From NCBI GenBank assembly GCA_964651495.1, contig CAZYWP010000004.1, positions 1,667-65,666 of the forward strand: DNA of 64,000 nt, read 5' to 3'. Source of the DNA: an uncultured Eubacteriales bacterium (lineage in GTDB: Bacteria; Acidobacteriota; Aminicenantia; Aminicenantales; UBA8522). Made by a program: the position numbers and the translations under genes. Each line of letters opens with the position of its first letter. Positions within the stretch are counted from its first letter, which is position 1. A model generated the notes under the pieces. The model saw only the letters and a list, made by a program, of their open reading frames with translations. It was not told the origin of the DNA and searched no databases. Below are positions 35,928-45,136 of this stretch, one piece after another.

Positions 35928-38555
35928 TCACGTCTTCCTGAGTTTTTCCTTGAGTTGATGCAGGAAGTTCAGCGCCTCGAGGGGAGTCAGGGCAGAGATA
36001 TCTGAAGTGTCGATTTCTGCTTTGATCTCCAGCAGCCGCTCCCGTTCTCGATCTTCCCTGAAGAGCAGGAGCTGAGCCCTGTCCCGCCAGCGCCGGGCGC
36101 GGTAGGCCAGGCGCGGCAGCCCGGATTCATCGAGCTCGAGTTTCTCTAAGTTGGACAGGACTTCCTTGGACCGGTCGATGACGGCTGGGGGGATGCCGGC
36201 CAGCTTGGCGACCTGAATTCCGTAGCTCTGGTCGGACGGCCCGGGCGCGATCTTTCTGAGGAAAATGATCCCGTCTTTCCATTCCTGGACCGAGACATGG
36301 TGATTTTTGATCCGCTTCATGGTCCGGGCCAAATCGGTCAGCTCGTGATAATGGGTGGCGAAGAGCGTCCTGGCCCGGATATCCTCTTTCTCGTGAAGGT
36401 ATTCCGCCACCGCCCAGGCGATGCTCAACCCGTCGAAGGTGCTCGTTCCTCGGCCGACCTCATCGAGCAGGATGAGGCTCCGCGGAGTGGCGTTGTTCAG
36501 GATGTTGGCCGTCTCGAGCATCTCGACCATGAACGTGGACTGGCCGACATTGAGGAAATCCATGGCCCCGATGCGGGTGAAGATTCGGTCGACCACACCC
36601 AGCTCCGCTGCTGCTGCCGGGACGAATGATCCCATCTGGGCCAGGATCGAGACCAGTGCCGTCTGCCTCAGATAGGTCGACTTTCCCCCCATGTTCGGCC
36701 CGGTGATGATGAGGATTTGGTTATCGTCGCGGTCCAGCCGGGTATCGTTGGGGATAAAAGGCTCGCCCGTGGTCATCTCGATGACCGGATGCCGCCCGTC
36801 TCTGATCGAGATCCGGTCCTGGCCGTCGACAACCGGCCGGCAGTAATTCCTCTGGGCGGCCAGCTCAGCCAGGGAAGACAGGACGTCGAGGCGGGCGACG
36901 GCGGCGGTTATCCGCTGCAGCCGCTCGGTCTCCCGGGCGACCCTCTCGCGGACCTCGAGATAGAGCCGGTGTTCGACCTCGGCTATCATTTCCTCGGCCG
37001 TGAGGACTTTCTCTTCGTACTCCTTGAGTTCAGGCGTGAGGAACCGTTCCGAGCCGAGCAGCGTCTGCTTCCTTATATAATCCGCCGGGATGAGGTGCAG
37101 GTTGGGCTTGGTCACCTCGATGTAATAACCAAAAATCTTGTTATGGCGAACCTTGAGAGAGGAGATCCCCGTTCGTTCGCGTTCCCTTTTCTCCAGCTGG
37201 GAGATGAACGACTTGCCGGACCGGCTGATTTCGCTGAGCTCGTCGAGCTCAGGATTATATCCCCGCTTGATGATCCCACCCTCGGTCAGCAGAAAGGCCG
37301 GCTCGTCGAGGATGGCGCCGTCGATGAGCCGGACGAGGTCCGCAGCGCTGTCCCAGCCGGAATAAGTTTCGGCATTCAGGCGGGACGATAGCGTTCGCAG
37401 CAAGCCCTGGATTTCGGGCAGGGGCAGAAGAGATCTCTTCAGGGCGATCAGGTCGCGCGGATGGGCGGCGGCCAGGGAGATCTTTCCCGTGAGCCGCTCC
37501 AGGTCGAGGATTCCCTTCAGAAGTTCCCGCAGCTCTCGGCGTTCGACGGTCAGTCCGAGCCATTCTTCGACGGCATCCAGCCTGGCGGTGATGGCGGCCG
37601 GGTCGAGGAGAGGCTCGAGGAGCCAGTTCTTCAGCAGGCGGGCGCCGATGGACGTGACGGTCTGATCGATGACGTCGAGGAGCGAATCCTTCACCCGGCC
37701 GTCCCTCAGGTTCCTGACGAGCTCGAGGTTTCTTATGGTGGAGGCGTCGAGGGTCATGTGCTGACTGGCGTGGAAATAGCTGATTTTCCGGACCAGGGAC
37801 AGAGTATCTTTCCGGACTTTCTTCAGGTAATAGAGCAGGCCGCCTCCGGCCGAGACGGCCAGCCTCTTCCCTTCTAGGCCGAACCCAGCCAGCGAGCCGA
37901 CCTCGAAGTGCTGCAGGAGCAGGGTTTGAGTGTGGGCGTAATCGAAGACCCAGGCTTCGACGGGACTGCGGAGAAATGGAGCCAAGTCATTTTCGGCCGT
38001 AATCCGCTGGACCGTCGCGTCTTGGTCTGCAGAAAAGACCACCTCCTTCGGCGCCGCGCGGAAGAGCTCATCGGCCAGGTTCCTCAGCTCGCCGCCCGTC
38101 CCCTCGGTCACGCGGAGACTGCCCGATGCCAGGTCGATCAGGGCCAGCCCCCACCCTTTTTCCTCGATGCAGAGGCCGGCGATGAAGACGCTCTCCTTGG
38201 CGCCTTCTATCTCCACCTCTACGGCCGTGCCCGGCGTCAGGACCTTGACCACATCGCGCTTCACCACTCCCCTGGCTGTCCTGGGGTCTTCGACCTGCTC
38301 ACAGACGGCCACTTTGAAGCCTTTCTTGAGGAGCTTGGCCAGGTAGGGGTTGACGGCATGATAGGGGACTCCGCACATCGGAATTTTCTGGCGGGAAGTC
38401 AGGGCGATCTCCAGGATAGGAGAAGCGATCTTGGCATCCTCATAGAACATTTCGTAGAAATCGCCCAGCCGGAAGAAGAGGATCGCATCCTGGTGGTCCT
38501 TTTTGATGCGGAGGTACTGATTCATCATCGGGGTGGTGAGGTTTTCGCGCGACAT
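35928..38555 (-). CDS. mutS: DNA mismatch repair protein MutS
   Basis: 875 aa. TPMMNQYLRIKKDHQDAILFFRLGDFYEMF N-terminus, Walker A GPNMGGKST, DEVGRGTSTFDG. Confidence 0.95.
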   Translation of the reverse strand: MSRENLTTPMMNQYLRIKKDHQDAILFFRLGDFYEMFYEDAKIASPILEIALTSRQKIPMCGVPYHAVNPYLAKLLKKGFKVAVCEQVEDPRTARGVVKRDVVKVLTPGTAVEVEIEGAKESVFIAGLCIEEKGWGLALIDLASGSLRVTEGTGGELRNLADELFRAAPKEVVFSADQDATVQRITAENDLAPFLRSPVEAWVFDYAHTQTLLLQHFEVGSLAGFGLEGKRLAVSAGGGLLYYLKKVRKDTLSLVRKISYFHASQHMTLDASTIRNLELVRNLRDGRVKDSLLDVIDQTVTSIGARLLKNWLLEPLLDPAAITARLDAVEEWLGLTVERRELRELLKGILDLERLTGKISLAAAHPRDLIALKRSLLPLPEIQGLLRTLSSRLNAETYSGWDSAADLVRLIDGAILDEPAFLLTEGGIIKRGYNPELDELSEISRSGKSFISQLEKRERERTGISSLKVRHNKIFGYYIEVTKPNLHLIPADYIRKQTLLGSERFLTPELKEYEEKVLTAEEMIAEVEHRLYLEVRERVARETERLQRITAAVARLDVLSSLAELAAQRNYCRPVVDGQDRISIRDGRHPVIEMTTGEPFIPNDTRLDRDDNQILIITGPNMGGKSTYLRQTALVSILAQMGSFVPAAAAELGVVDRIFTRIGAMDFLNVGQSTFMVEMLETANILNNATPRSLILLDEVGRGTSTFDGLSIAWAVAEYLHEKEDIRARTLFATHYHELTDLARTMKRIKNHHVSVQEWKDGIIFLRKIAPGPSDQSYGIQVAKLAGIPPAVIDRSKEVLSNLEKLELDESGLPRLAYRARRWRDRAQLLLFREDRERERLLEIKAEIDTSDISALTPLEALNFLHQLKEKLRKT

Positions 38556-38565
38556 CGGCGCCTAA

Positions 38566-38594
38566 ACTATACAGACAGGCAGGCAAATTATCAA
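38566..38594 (-). promoter_or_regulatory. Candidate mutS promoter placing the TSS within a few nt of the ATG
   Basis: Minus strand TTGATA (38594-38589), 17 nt, TATAGT (38571-38566). Only 10 nt (TTAGGCGCCG, no SD) separate the -10 from the ATG at 38555. Confidence 0.5.
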
Positions 38595-38657
38595 GAAAGG
38601 CTCAGGGTTGGGGTCGTCAGCACGCTGATTCTCCCCAGCGAGGAAACAGCCGTCCTG

Positions 38658-39530
38658 TTATCCCCAGATATTATACTTCTTGACCATGTGGTGGGGATGA
38701 TAGGAGGTCTTGGCCCGGCGAAGGCCGGGGTTGCCGTTGTCCTGCTCGCGGTTGATGAACCGGAAGTCGGACCAGGAGTTTTTGCTGAATTCACGGTTCA
38801 TTAACTGGCTGAGCCCATCATAAGCCGGGTGGGCGATTTCGATGTGGACGAGAGCCGCATCCGGGGAAAATCCAGCGCCGATCGAGAAGGCGGCGATATC
38901 TCCCTCGACCTCGATGGCTCCGCCCACCAGGCCCACATCGGCAAAGTGCTGGAACGCCTCCTCGATGACCTGCTTCCAGACGCCGGTGATAAACCCGTCG
39001 GTCGCGGCTTTGGCCCGGATCCACTCACCCAGCAGCCGGCGGCAGCTCTCGACGTGCTCGGGCGAGAGCTTGAGGTAGCGGAAGCCGTGAGTTTTTTCAA
39101 ACTTCCGGATGCGGTTCCGCTTTCCGTCGTATTTTTTCCCCCTCAGATAGATTAGGTCTTCGGCCCGATAGACATAATCAAAATTGTCCCGGTCGGGCTC
39201 ACAGCGGAAGCGGCGGCCGAATTTCAAGGCGAACTCTTCGGGAACCCGGGAAATCCGGGGAGCAAAAGAGAAACACGTCTCTATGGTCTCCTCTATCCTG
39301 TTTCCGCCGATCGGTTGGAGGAAATAGGCCGGCTCGGATGGCGGCGCGCAGAGGATGCAGAGGTTGCCGTGGATGAAGGTAAATTTGGGACGTTCGAAAT
39401 TCCTCCAGAGAAAAATATTGCCGAAATTGACTTCGCAAGCCTCTGAGGGATGGCGGGATATGAGAGACTCAACGACGGTCTTATCCTTGAGCTCAATCGG
39501 CTTAAATTCCGGAAACCGCGGCTGGTTCAT
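38658..39530 (-). CDS. Stand-alone DUF2156 protein (homologous to the aminoacyl-tRNA-dependent transferase domain of MprF/LysX)
   Basis: 290 aa. Assigned from my recollection of the DUF2156 pattern (NFGNIFLWR...YLRGKKYDGKRNRIRKF...). No TM flippase domain. ATGA overlap with the upstream GNAT gene. Confidence 0.7.
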   Translation of the reverse strand: MNQPRFPEFKPIELKDKTVVESLISRHPSEACEVNFGNIFLWRNFERPKFTFIHGNLCILCAPPSEPAYFLQPIGGNRIEETIETCFSFAPRISRVPEEFALKFGRRFRCEPDRDNFDYVYRAEDLIYLRGKKYDGKRNRIRKFEKTHGFRYLKLSPEHVESCRRLLGEWIRAKAATDGFITGVWKQVIEEAFQHFADVGLVGGAIEVEGDIAAFSIGAGFSPDAALVHIEIAHPAYDGLSQLMNREFSKNSWSDFRFINREQDNGNPGLRRAKTSYHPHHMVKKYNIWG

Positions 39531-39934
39531 CGCTTTTTTATGACCATCACCCGGCAGAGTTCACGCCTGCAACCCTCGCACCAGTCGGCTTTTTTGACCA
39601 TCGAGGCCGGGATAACGTCCGCCTCGCGGAACCCGAACCTGGCAAAATAGCCCGGGATCACCGTGGCTAGATAGATTTCAGCTTTGACCGCCCTGAGAAG
39701 AGCGCGGACCAGACGCGTCCCCAGCCCGCGGCCGCGCCGGGTCCCCTCCACGCCGAGCGCGCAGAGCTCCAGGCCGTCAGGGTGCTTTTTGAGCCCGCAG
39801 ATGCCGAGGACCTTCTCCCCGTCTGCCGCCACCCAGAAATCATCCGCGGCCATGCCCGCGTAGTCAAGATTCAATCTCTGAGCCAGGGTGAGGATCTGAG
39901 GAAAATCAGGCTGACGGGCTTTTCTGATGCGCAT
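39527..39934 (-). CDS. GNAT-family N-acetyltransferase
   Basis: Acetyl-CoA motif RRGRGLGTRLVRAL. I prefer ATG 39934 (MRIRKARQPDF). The track start at 39979 lies inside the repeat element. Confidence 0.8.
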   Translation of the reverse strand: MRIRKARQPDFPQILTLAQRLNLDYAGMAADDFWVAADGEKVLGICGLKKHPDGLELCALGVEGTRRGRGLGTRLVRALLRAVKAEIYLATVIPGYFARFGFREADVIPASMVKKADWCEGCRRELCRVMVIKKR

Positions 39935-39941
39935 CGCCGCT

Positions 39942-39950
39942 ATTATAACA
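39942..39950 (-). promoter_or_regulatory. Candidate extended -10 element of the GNAT/DUF2156 operon
   Basis: Minus strand TGTTATAAT. Only 7 nt (AGCGGCG, no SD) lie before the ATG at 39934, which is consistent with a leaderless mRNA. There is no good -35. Confidence 0.4.
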
Positions 39951-39975
39951 TGATTAGCGCGGGCTGCTCGCGGAG

Positions 39976-40151
39976 GCATCTCTGTTTCCGTGATTTGGCT
40001 CGACGGCCAAGAGAGGGTGGCATGGCGCCAGTCCCCGCACCGCCCGGAGCGAAGGGGACCCCTCTCTTGACGGGTGCGGAGCGAGGACGGACGGGGACGC
40101 GCCGTGACAGGACCCTATTCCAGATCTATGTTATCACGGAAACAGAGATAC
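39976..40151 (+). repeat. 176-nt structured intergenic repeat, copy 2
   Basis: Same length and orientation as 2699-2874, with 6 substitutions. Terminal inverted repeat of 17 perfect bp (ATCTCTGTTTCCGTGAT / ATCACGGAAACAGAGAT). Confidence 0.85.
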
Positions 40152-40171
40152 GATTGCTGCCCGCGGCAGGT

Positions 40172-40200
40172 TTGACAAGAAAGGGACGCTGTAGTATACC
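40172..40200 (+). promoter_or_regulatory. Candidate pgsA promoter
   Basis: TTGACA (40172-40177), 17 nt, TATACC (40195-40200). Only 8 nt (TCAGAAAA, no SD) lie before the ATG at 40209. Confidence 0.45.
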
Positions 40201-40208
40201 TCAGAAAA

Positions 40209-40736
40209 ATGAATGCGCCCCTGGCCCTGACCTTTCTTCGCATTCTTTCTATTCCCATCCTGGTCATTGTCCTGATGGTCGATTTCAAAGACCAGGAGAT
40301 CACCGCGTTTGCCATATTTCTCCTGGCTACGCTTACCGACATGCTGGACGGGCTCTGGGCCCGGAAAAAAAAACAGGTCACCGTCCTAGGCCAGCTTCTC
40401 GACCCGACCGCCGACAAACTCCTCGTCGCCTCGGTCCTCGTCTGCCTGGTCGGCAGAGGAGCCGTGCCGGCCTGGATGGCGGTGATCATCATCGGCCGGG
40501 AGATCGCCGTCACCGGGTTTCGGGCCATGGCCTCCTCCAAGGGCATCAACATCCCGGCTTCTCCGTTCGGGAAAATCAAGATGATCCTGGAGACGGTGAC
40601 CATCTGTTTTCTGCTTCTGGGCGAAAAAAACCTGGGCTCTCTCTATTCTCTTTCTCGTTTAGGACTCTGGCTCGCCATCGTCGCGGCTTTGATCTCGGCG
40701 GCGCAGTACTATGTGAAATTCGGCCGGACTGTTTTA

Positions 40737-40751
<15 letters not shown>
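40209..40751 (+). CDS. pgsA: CDP-diacylglycerol--glycerol-3-phosphate 3-phosphatidyltransferase
   Basis: CDP-alcohol phosphotransferase motif DMLDGLWARKKKQVTVLGQLLDPTADK. Four hydrophobic segments. 180 aa. Confidence 0.9.
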
Positions 40752-41669
<918 letters not shown>

Positions 41670-41679
41670 CGTTTTCCCT

Positions 41680-42369
41680 TTATTTAATCTGTTCGAGGCA
41701 GTCCGTTTTGACCCTGATGTCCGCCCGGCCGCGCAGGCTCCGGAGCCAGGACGCCACCTGCTGCTCCGTCTTTTTTTTCTTGACCTGGGCCTCGATATCA
41801 TCCAGAACCTGGGTCATCGGCCTCGGCTTTCTTCCCAGGGCTGTTTCTGTCCGAACATAGACCTCGCCGTAATACTTCTCGATTTCCTGCAGATTGACGT
41901 CCACATTCTGACTGAAGCGGAGGCGGATGATCTTTTCATAGCGCAGTTTGTCCTGGAGATAGGTTTCCAGGTCCGCTTCCTCGAGGCCGAAGGCCCCCAA
42001 CTTCCGCCGCCATTCCTCCGGGTCAAACCCCTTCTTCAGATCAGCCAGAAGAGCGGCAACCTCCTCGCCCGTGACCGGGATATTTTCCCGGACCATCCCG
42101 ATGAGGACTTTCTGGTCGATCACCCCCTCCAGAATTTGCCGGACAGGGCTCGGCGATTCATCGCCCGCCGCCTCGGGTCGGATGGAAAATGCCAGAAGAA
42201 TCCGGATATCCGTCAGGGTGATGATCTGAGCATCGACCTCGGCGACGATGCAATCGACGACCTGGGGATAGCCCGGGCAGGTCAGGAGGAGAAGGAGCGC
42301 GGCCGCCCGGGCCGGCAGCGGCACCAGGCTAAACAGTTTAGAAAATATGGCCGATAGTAATGAAAACAA
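41680..42369 (-). CDS. Periplasmic chaperone-like protein with a SurA N-terminal-type domain (no PPIase domain)
   Basis: 229 aa, signal-like N-terminus, IVAEVDAQIITLTDIR pattern. TTG start with AGGGGA upstream that overlaps the bamA 3' end by 32 nt. The start is uncertain (alternative GTG at 42324). Confidence 0.55.
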   Translation of the reverse strand: MFSLLSAIFSKLFSLVPLPARAAALLLLLTCPGYPQVVDCIVAEVDAQIITLTDIRILLAFSIRPEAAGDESPSPVRQILEGVIDQKVLIGMVRENIPVTGEEVAALLADLKKGFDPEEWRRKLGAFGLEEADLETYLQDKLRYEKIIRLRFSQNVDVNLQEIEKYYGEVYVRTETALGRKPRPMTQVLDDIEAQVKKKKTEQQVASWLRSLRGRADIRVKTDCLEQIK

Positions 42370-45136
42370 TCGGTTTCCCCTTTCTCTCGGGATTCGTCAG
42401 GTTCCAGCCGAGCTCGAGCCTGACCGGCCCGAGAGGAGTTCGATAACGGACGCCGAAACCCAGCGCGTGTTCCAGGTCCAGCAGGCTAAAATCGCTCCTG
42501 TTGAAGAAAATATTGCCGGCATCATAGAAGACCACAGCCGACAAGGCCGGCAGGGCGGAAACAACGGGAAATGCCGTTTCGAAATTGAACAGCAGGAGGG
42601 CCTTTCCTCCGATCGGATTCCCGGAAACCGGATCCCGCGGGCCCAGCCCGTCGAAGTCGTGGCCGCGGAAGGAGTTGCTCCCTCCGGCAAAAAAGCGCTC
42701 GTGGATCGGCATTCGCCCCATGCCGAGACCGAACCGGAAGGTGGAGCTGAGGTTGACTTTCGGAGCGAGAATAAAGAAGCGCTGGATTTTGAACACACCT
42801 TTCAGGAAATCGGATTCCGTTTGGAAGAGAGGAAATGCCCACTCCACGGCCAGACTGGCAAAATATCCCGTTTCCGGGTTGAAGGCGTCGTTTCTCTTTT
42901 CCCGGATGAAGCTTGAGGAAAAAGACGTTGCCGAATAGGGATAGAACTGGCGGTCGATCTCGGACGGAGTCACCTCGAGATAAGTCAGCGTCGTCCGGGA
43001 GTATCTCAACGTCATCAGCATGGTCAGACGGCCAAAGATAGACCTGATCCCGGTCAGGCTGAGGCCCTCTCTTTCAAACCCGAAGCTCTCGCGGTCCTCT
43101 TCCTCGATCCAGGCATTGAGATAGGTTTGGAGAGGAAAATCGAACAGGAAGTAAGGCTGCTCCCAGCTGATAACAGCCCTCTTCTCAGCCAGGCTGAACT
43201 GGCTGACAAAACTCAGGCTGGCGGCCCGGCCGAACATATTGCTGCGCATAAACTCCGCCGTGCCCCGCAGCCGAAGATCGATATCAAAAAGCGCCGAAGT
43301 CCAGGGCTCGTTCTTGGTTTCGAATCCGACGCCCAGGCTGGCATAGTTCCTCTCCCCTTCCCGGACCGAGATGATCAAGTTTTCCGCCCCTCGGGAGACG
43401 GGGACCTCTTCCACCTTCACTTCCGAGAAAACGCCCAGTTTTTCCAGGTTTCGCTTCGAGGCCTGGATCCTATCGGCCAGAGCGGCGTCGCCCTCCCCGA
43501 TCCTCAGCTCCCTCATGATGGCGCCCCGGCGGGTGACCAGGTTCCCTGTGACAATCAGGTTCTGGATTTTCACCGCATCGCCTTCCGCGATCAGGAACCT
43601 GACCTGGAAGAGGTCATCTCCCTGAGCTTCGGCTCTTGTTTCGATACGCGTTCCCCTCACCCCCTGGTCGAGATAAAATGTTTCCAATTTCCCGACTTCT
43701 CTCTGAATCTCAGGCGGAAAATAGGGGCCTCCTTCGAGGAGGCTGAGACGGGAGCGGAGAGCCTCTGGAGTCAACAGGGACGCACCCTCGATCGAGATAT
43801 TTTTGATCCGCTCCTGTTTTCCCTCCTCGACATCGTAAACGGCGGTGGCTTTACCGTTGTCGGGGATAAAATTCAAGGCGACCCGGATATCGGGGAAGCC
43901 CTCGACCTGATAAATGGCCTTGATCTCGCGGGGCAGCTCAAAAACCCTTTTCCCGTCGATCGTCCCCAAAAAAAGGATTCTCTCCGGCAGAGCCAGCTTC
44001 CGCTTCAGCCCGGACTCGCTGAAATGGCTCAACCCGTCAAAACGAACGGCACGGATCTTGAACTTCTGGCCAGTGCTGACCGCATGAATAATCCGGATCA
44101 CCGAGTTCACTCTCTCGATGGATGACTTGATGGAAGCAAATATAAAGCCCTTTTCCCGAAGATAGGACAGGATCCGCACCTCGCCTTCATTGACCCCCCA
44201 TTCCTCGAAGATCCGTTCTTCCCAGATCGGCTCGACCAGCTGGCGTGGCACGTCCGCGCCTTGGATAACGATTTCGATCCGCTCGCCCGGATTGATGCGC
44301 AGGGTCAGGGCAACGGTCCCCAGCCGGTCATCCAATCGTTCGTCCGCCAGTTCGACCTCGGCACGCCGATAACCCAGCCGTGAATAGAGCCGCCTCAACC
44401 GTTCCGTGTCCGCTTCGAGCTCGATTGGGATATAGGCGTCTCCCTCCCGGACCTTCATTTCTTTTCTCAGGTCACTCGGGCTGACAACTCCCCCGCCGAC
44501 AATTGCGATGGTCCCGACGCGCGCGCGCACCCCGGCCTGAACGATAAAAATGATATCCACTTCCGGAGCCTGCGGGTCTCGGTTCAGGATCGTTTCGATA
44601 CGGGGATAGAAGTAGCCTGCTGCGTTCAAGAAGCGGACCAGTTCCTCCCGCGCCCGCTCCAGCCGCTCGTCTGAATAGTAACTGTCTTCACGGAGGGAGT
44701 AGAGAGCATCGCGCAAGCGGCGGCTCGACGTTCCTGCCTGGCCGCGGAAACGGATTTCCCGGATCAGCAGCTTGTGGGTGAGGAGAAAACGCAGGGCGAT
44801 TCTGTCTTCCCCGCTTCGTTCCACCCGGACGTCAGAGAAAAGGCCGGTTTGATAAATTTGTTTGATACAGTCGGAGACATTCTTCAGAGAGAATGGATCA
44901 CCGGGTTGGATGAATATCAGGTTTGCTATGTTTTCTCCGCCGGGACGGCCGTCCACCCAGACCGTGACTTCAGAGACCGGCGGGGCGGGGCCATCACCCG
45001 CCAGAAGGCGCGAACTGCAGCAGATCAGGACAAGCGCACCCAGGCAGACTACGAGAGGTCTGATCCCGGCCCTTCGGCCGGGGCTTTTAAAACCGGCGGC
45101 GGATCTTAACATCGAAACTGACCCGTCCGAACTCAT
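42338..45136 (-). CDS. bamA: Outer membrane protein assembly factor BamA
   Basis: 932 aa. Repeated POTRA-like modules and a C-terminal Omp85 barrel ending ...GKPIVFITIGHIF. Confidence 0.9.
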   Translation of the reverse strand: MSSDGSVSMLRSAAGFKSPGRRAGIRPLVVCLGALVLICCSSRLLAGDGPAPPVSEVTVWVDGRPGGENIANLIFIQPGDPFSLKNVSDCIKQIYQTGLFSDVRVERSGEDRIALRFLLTHKLLIREIRFRGQAGTSSRRLRDALYSLREDSYYSDERLERAREELVRFLNAAGYFYPRIETILNRDPQAPEVDIIFIVQAGVRARVGTIAIVGGGVVSPSDLRKEMKVREGDAYIPIELEADTERLRRLYSRLGYRRAEVELADERLDDRLGTVALTLRINPGERIEIVIQGADVPRQLVEPIWEERIFEEWGVNEGEVRILSYLREKGFIFASIKSSIERVNSVIRIIHAVSTGQKFKIRAVRFDGLSHFSESGLKRKLALPERILFLGTIDGKRVFELPREIKAIYQVEGFPDIRVALNFIPDNGKATAVYDVEEGKQERIKNISIEGASLLTPEALRSRLSLLEGGPYFPPEIQREVGKLETFYLDQGVRGTRIETRAEAQGDDLFQVRFLIAEGDAVKIQNLIVTGNLVTRRGAIMRELRIGEGDAALADRIQASKRNLEKLGVFSEVKVEEVPVSRGAENLIISVREGERNYASLGVGFETKNEPWTSALFDIDLRLRGTAEFMRSNMFGRAASLSFVSQFSLAEKRAVISWEQPYFLFDFPLQTYLNAWIEEEDRESFGFEREGLSLTGIRSIFGRLTMLMTLRYSRTTLTYLEVTPSEIDRQFYPYSATSFSSSFIREKRNDAFNPETGYFASLAVEWAFPLFQTESDFLKGVFKIQRFFILAPKVNLSSTFRFGLGMGRMPIHERFFAGGSNSFRGHDFDGLGPRDPVSGNPIGGKALLLFNFETAFPVVSALPALSAVVFYDAGNIFFNRSDFSLLDLEHALGFGVRYRTPLGPVRLELGWNLTNPERKGKPIVFITIGHIF

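Noticed and set aside
39935-39979. Upstream start (ATG 39979) for the GNAT gene
   Set aside because: The ATG is formed by the first bases of the 176-nt repeat, and the same GCAT occurs in copy 1 with no ORF. The 15 extra residues (MPPRAARANHVIIAA) are not GNAT-like. ATG 39934 sits 7 nt after a TGTTATAAT element.
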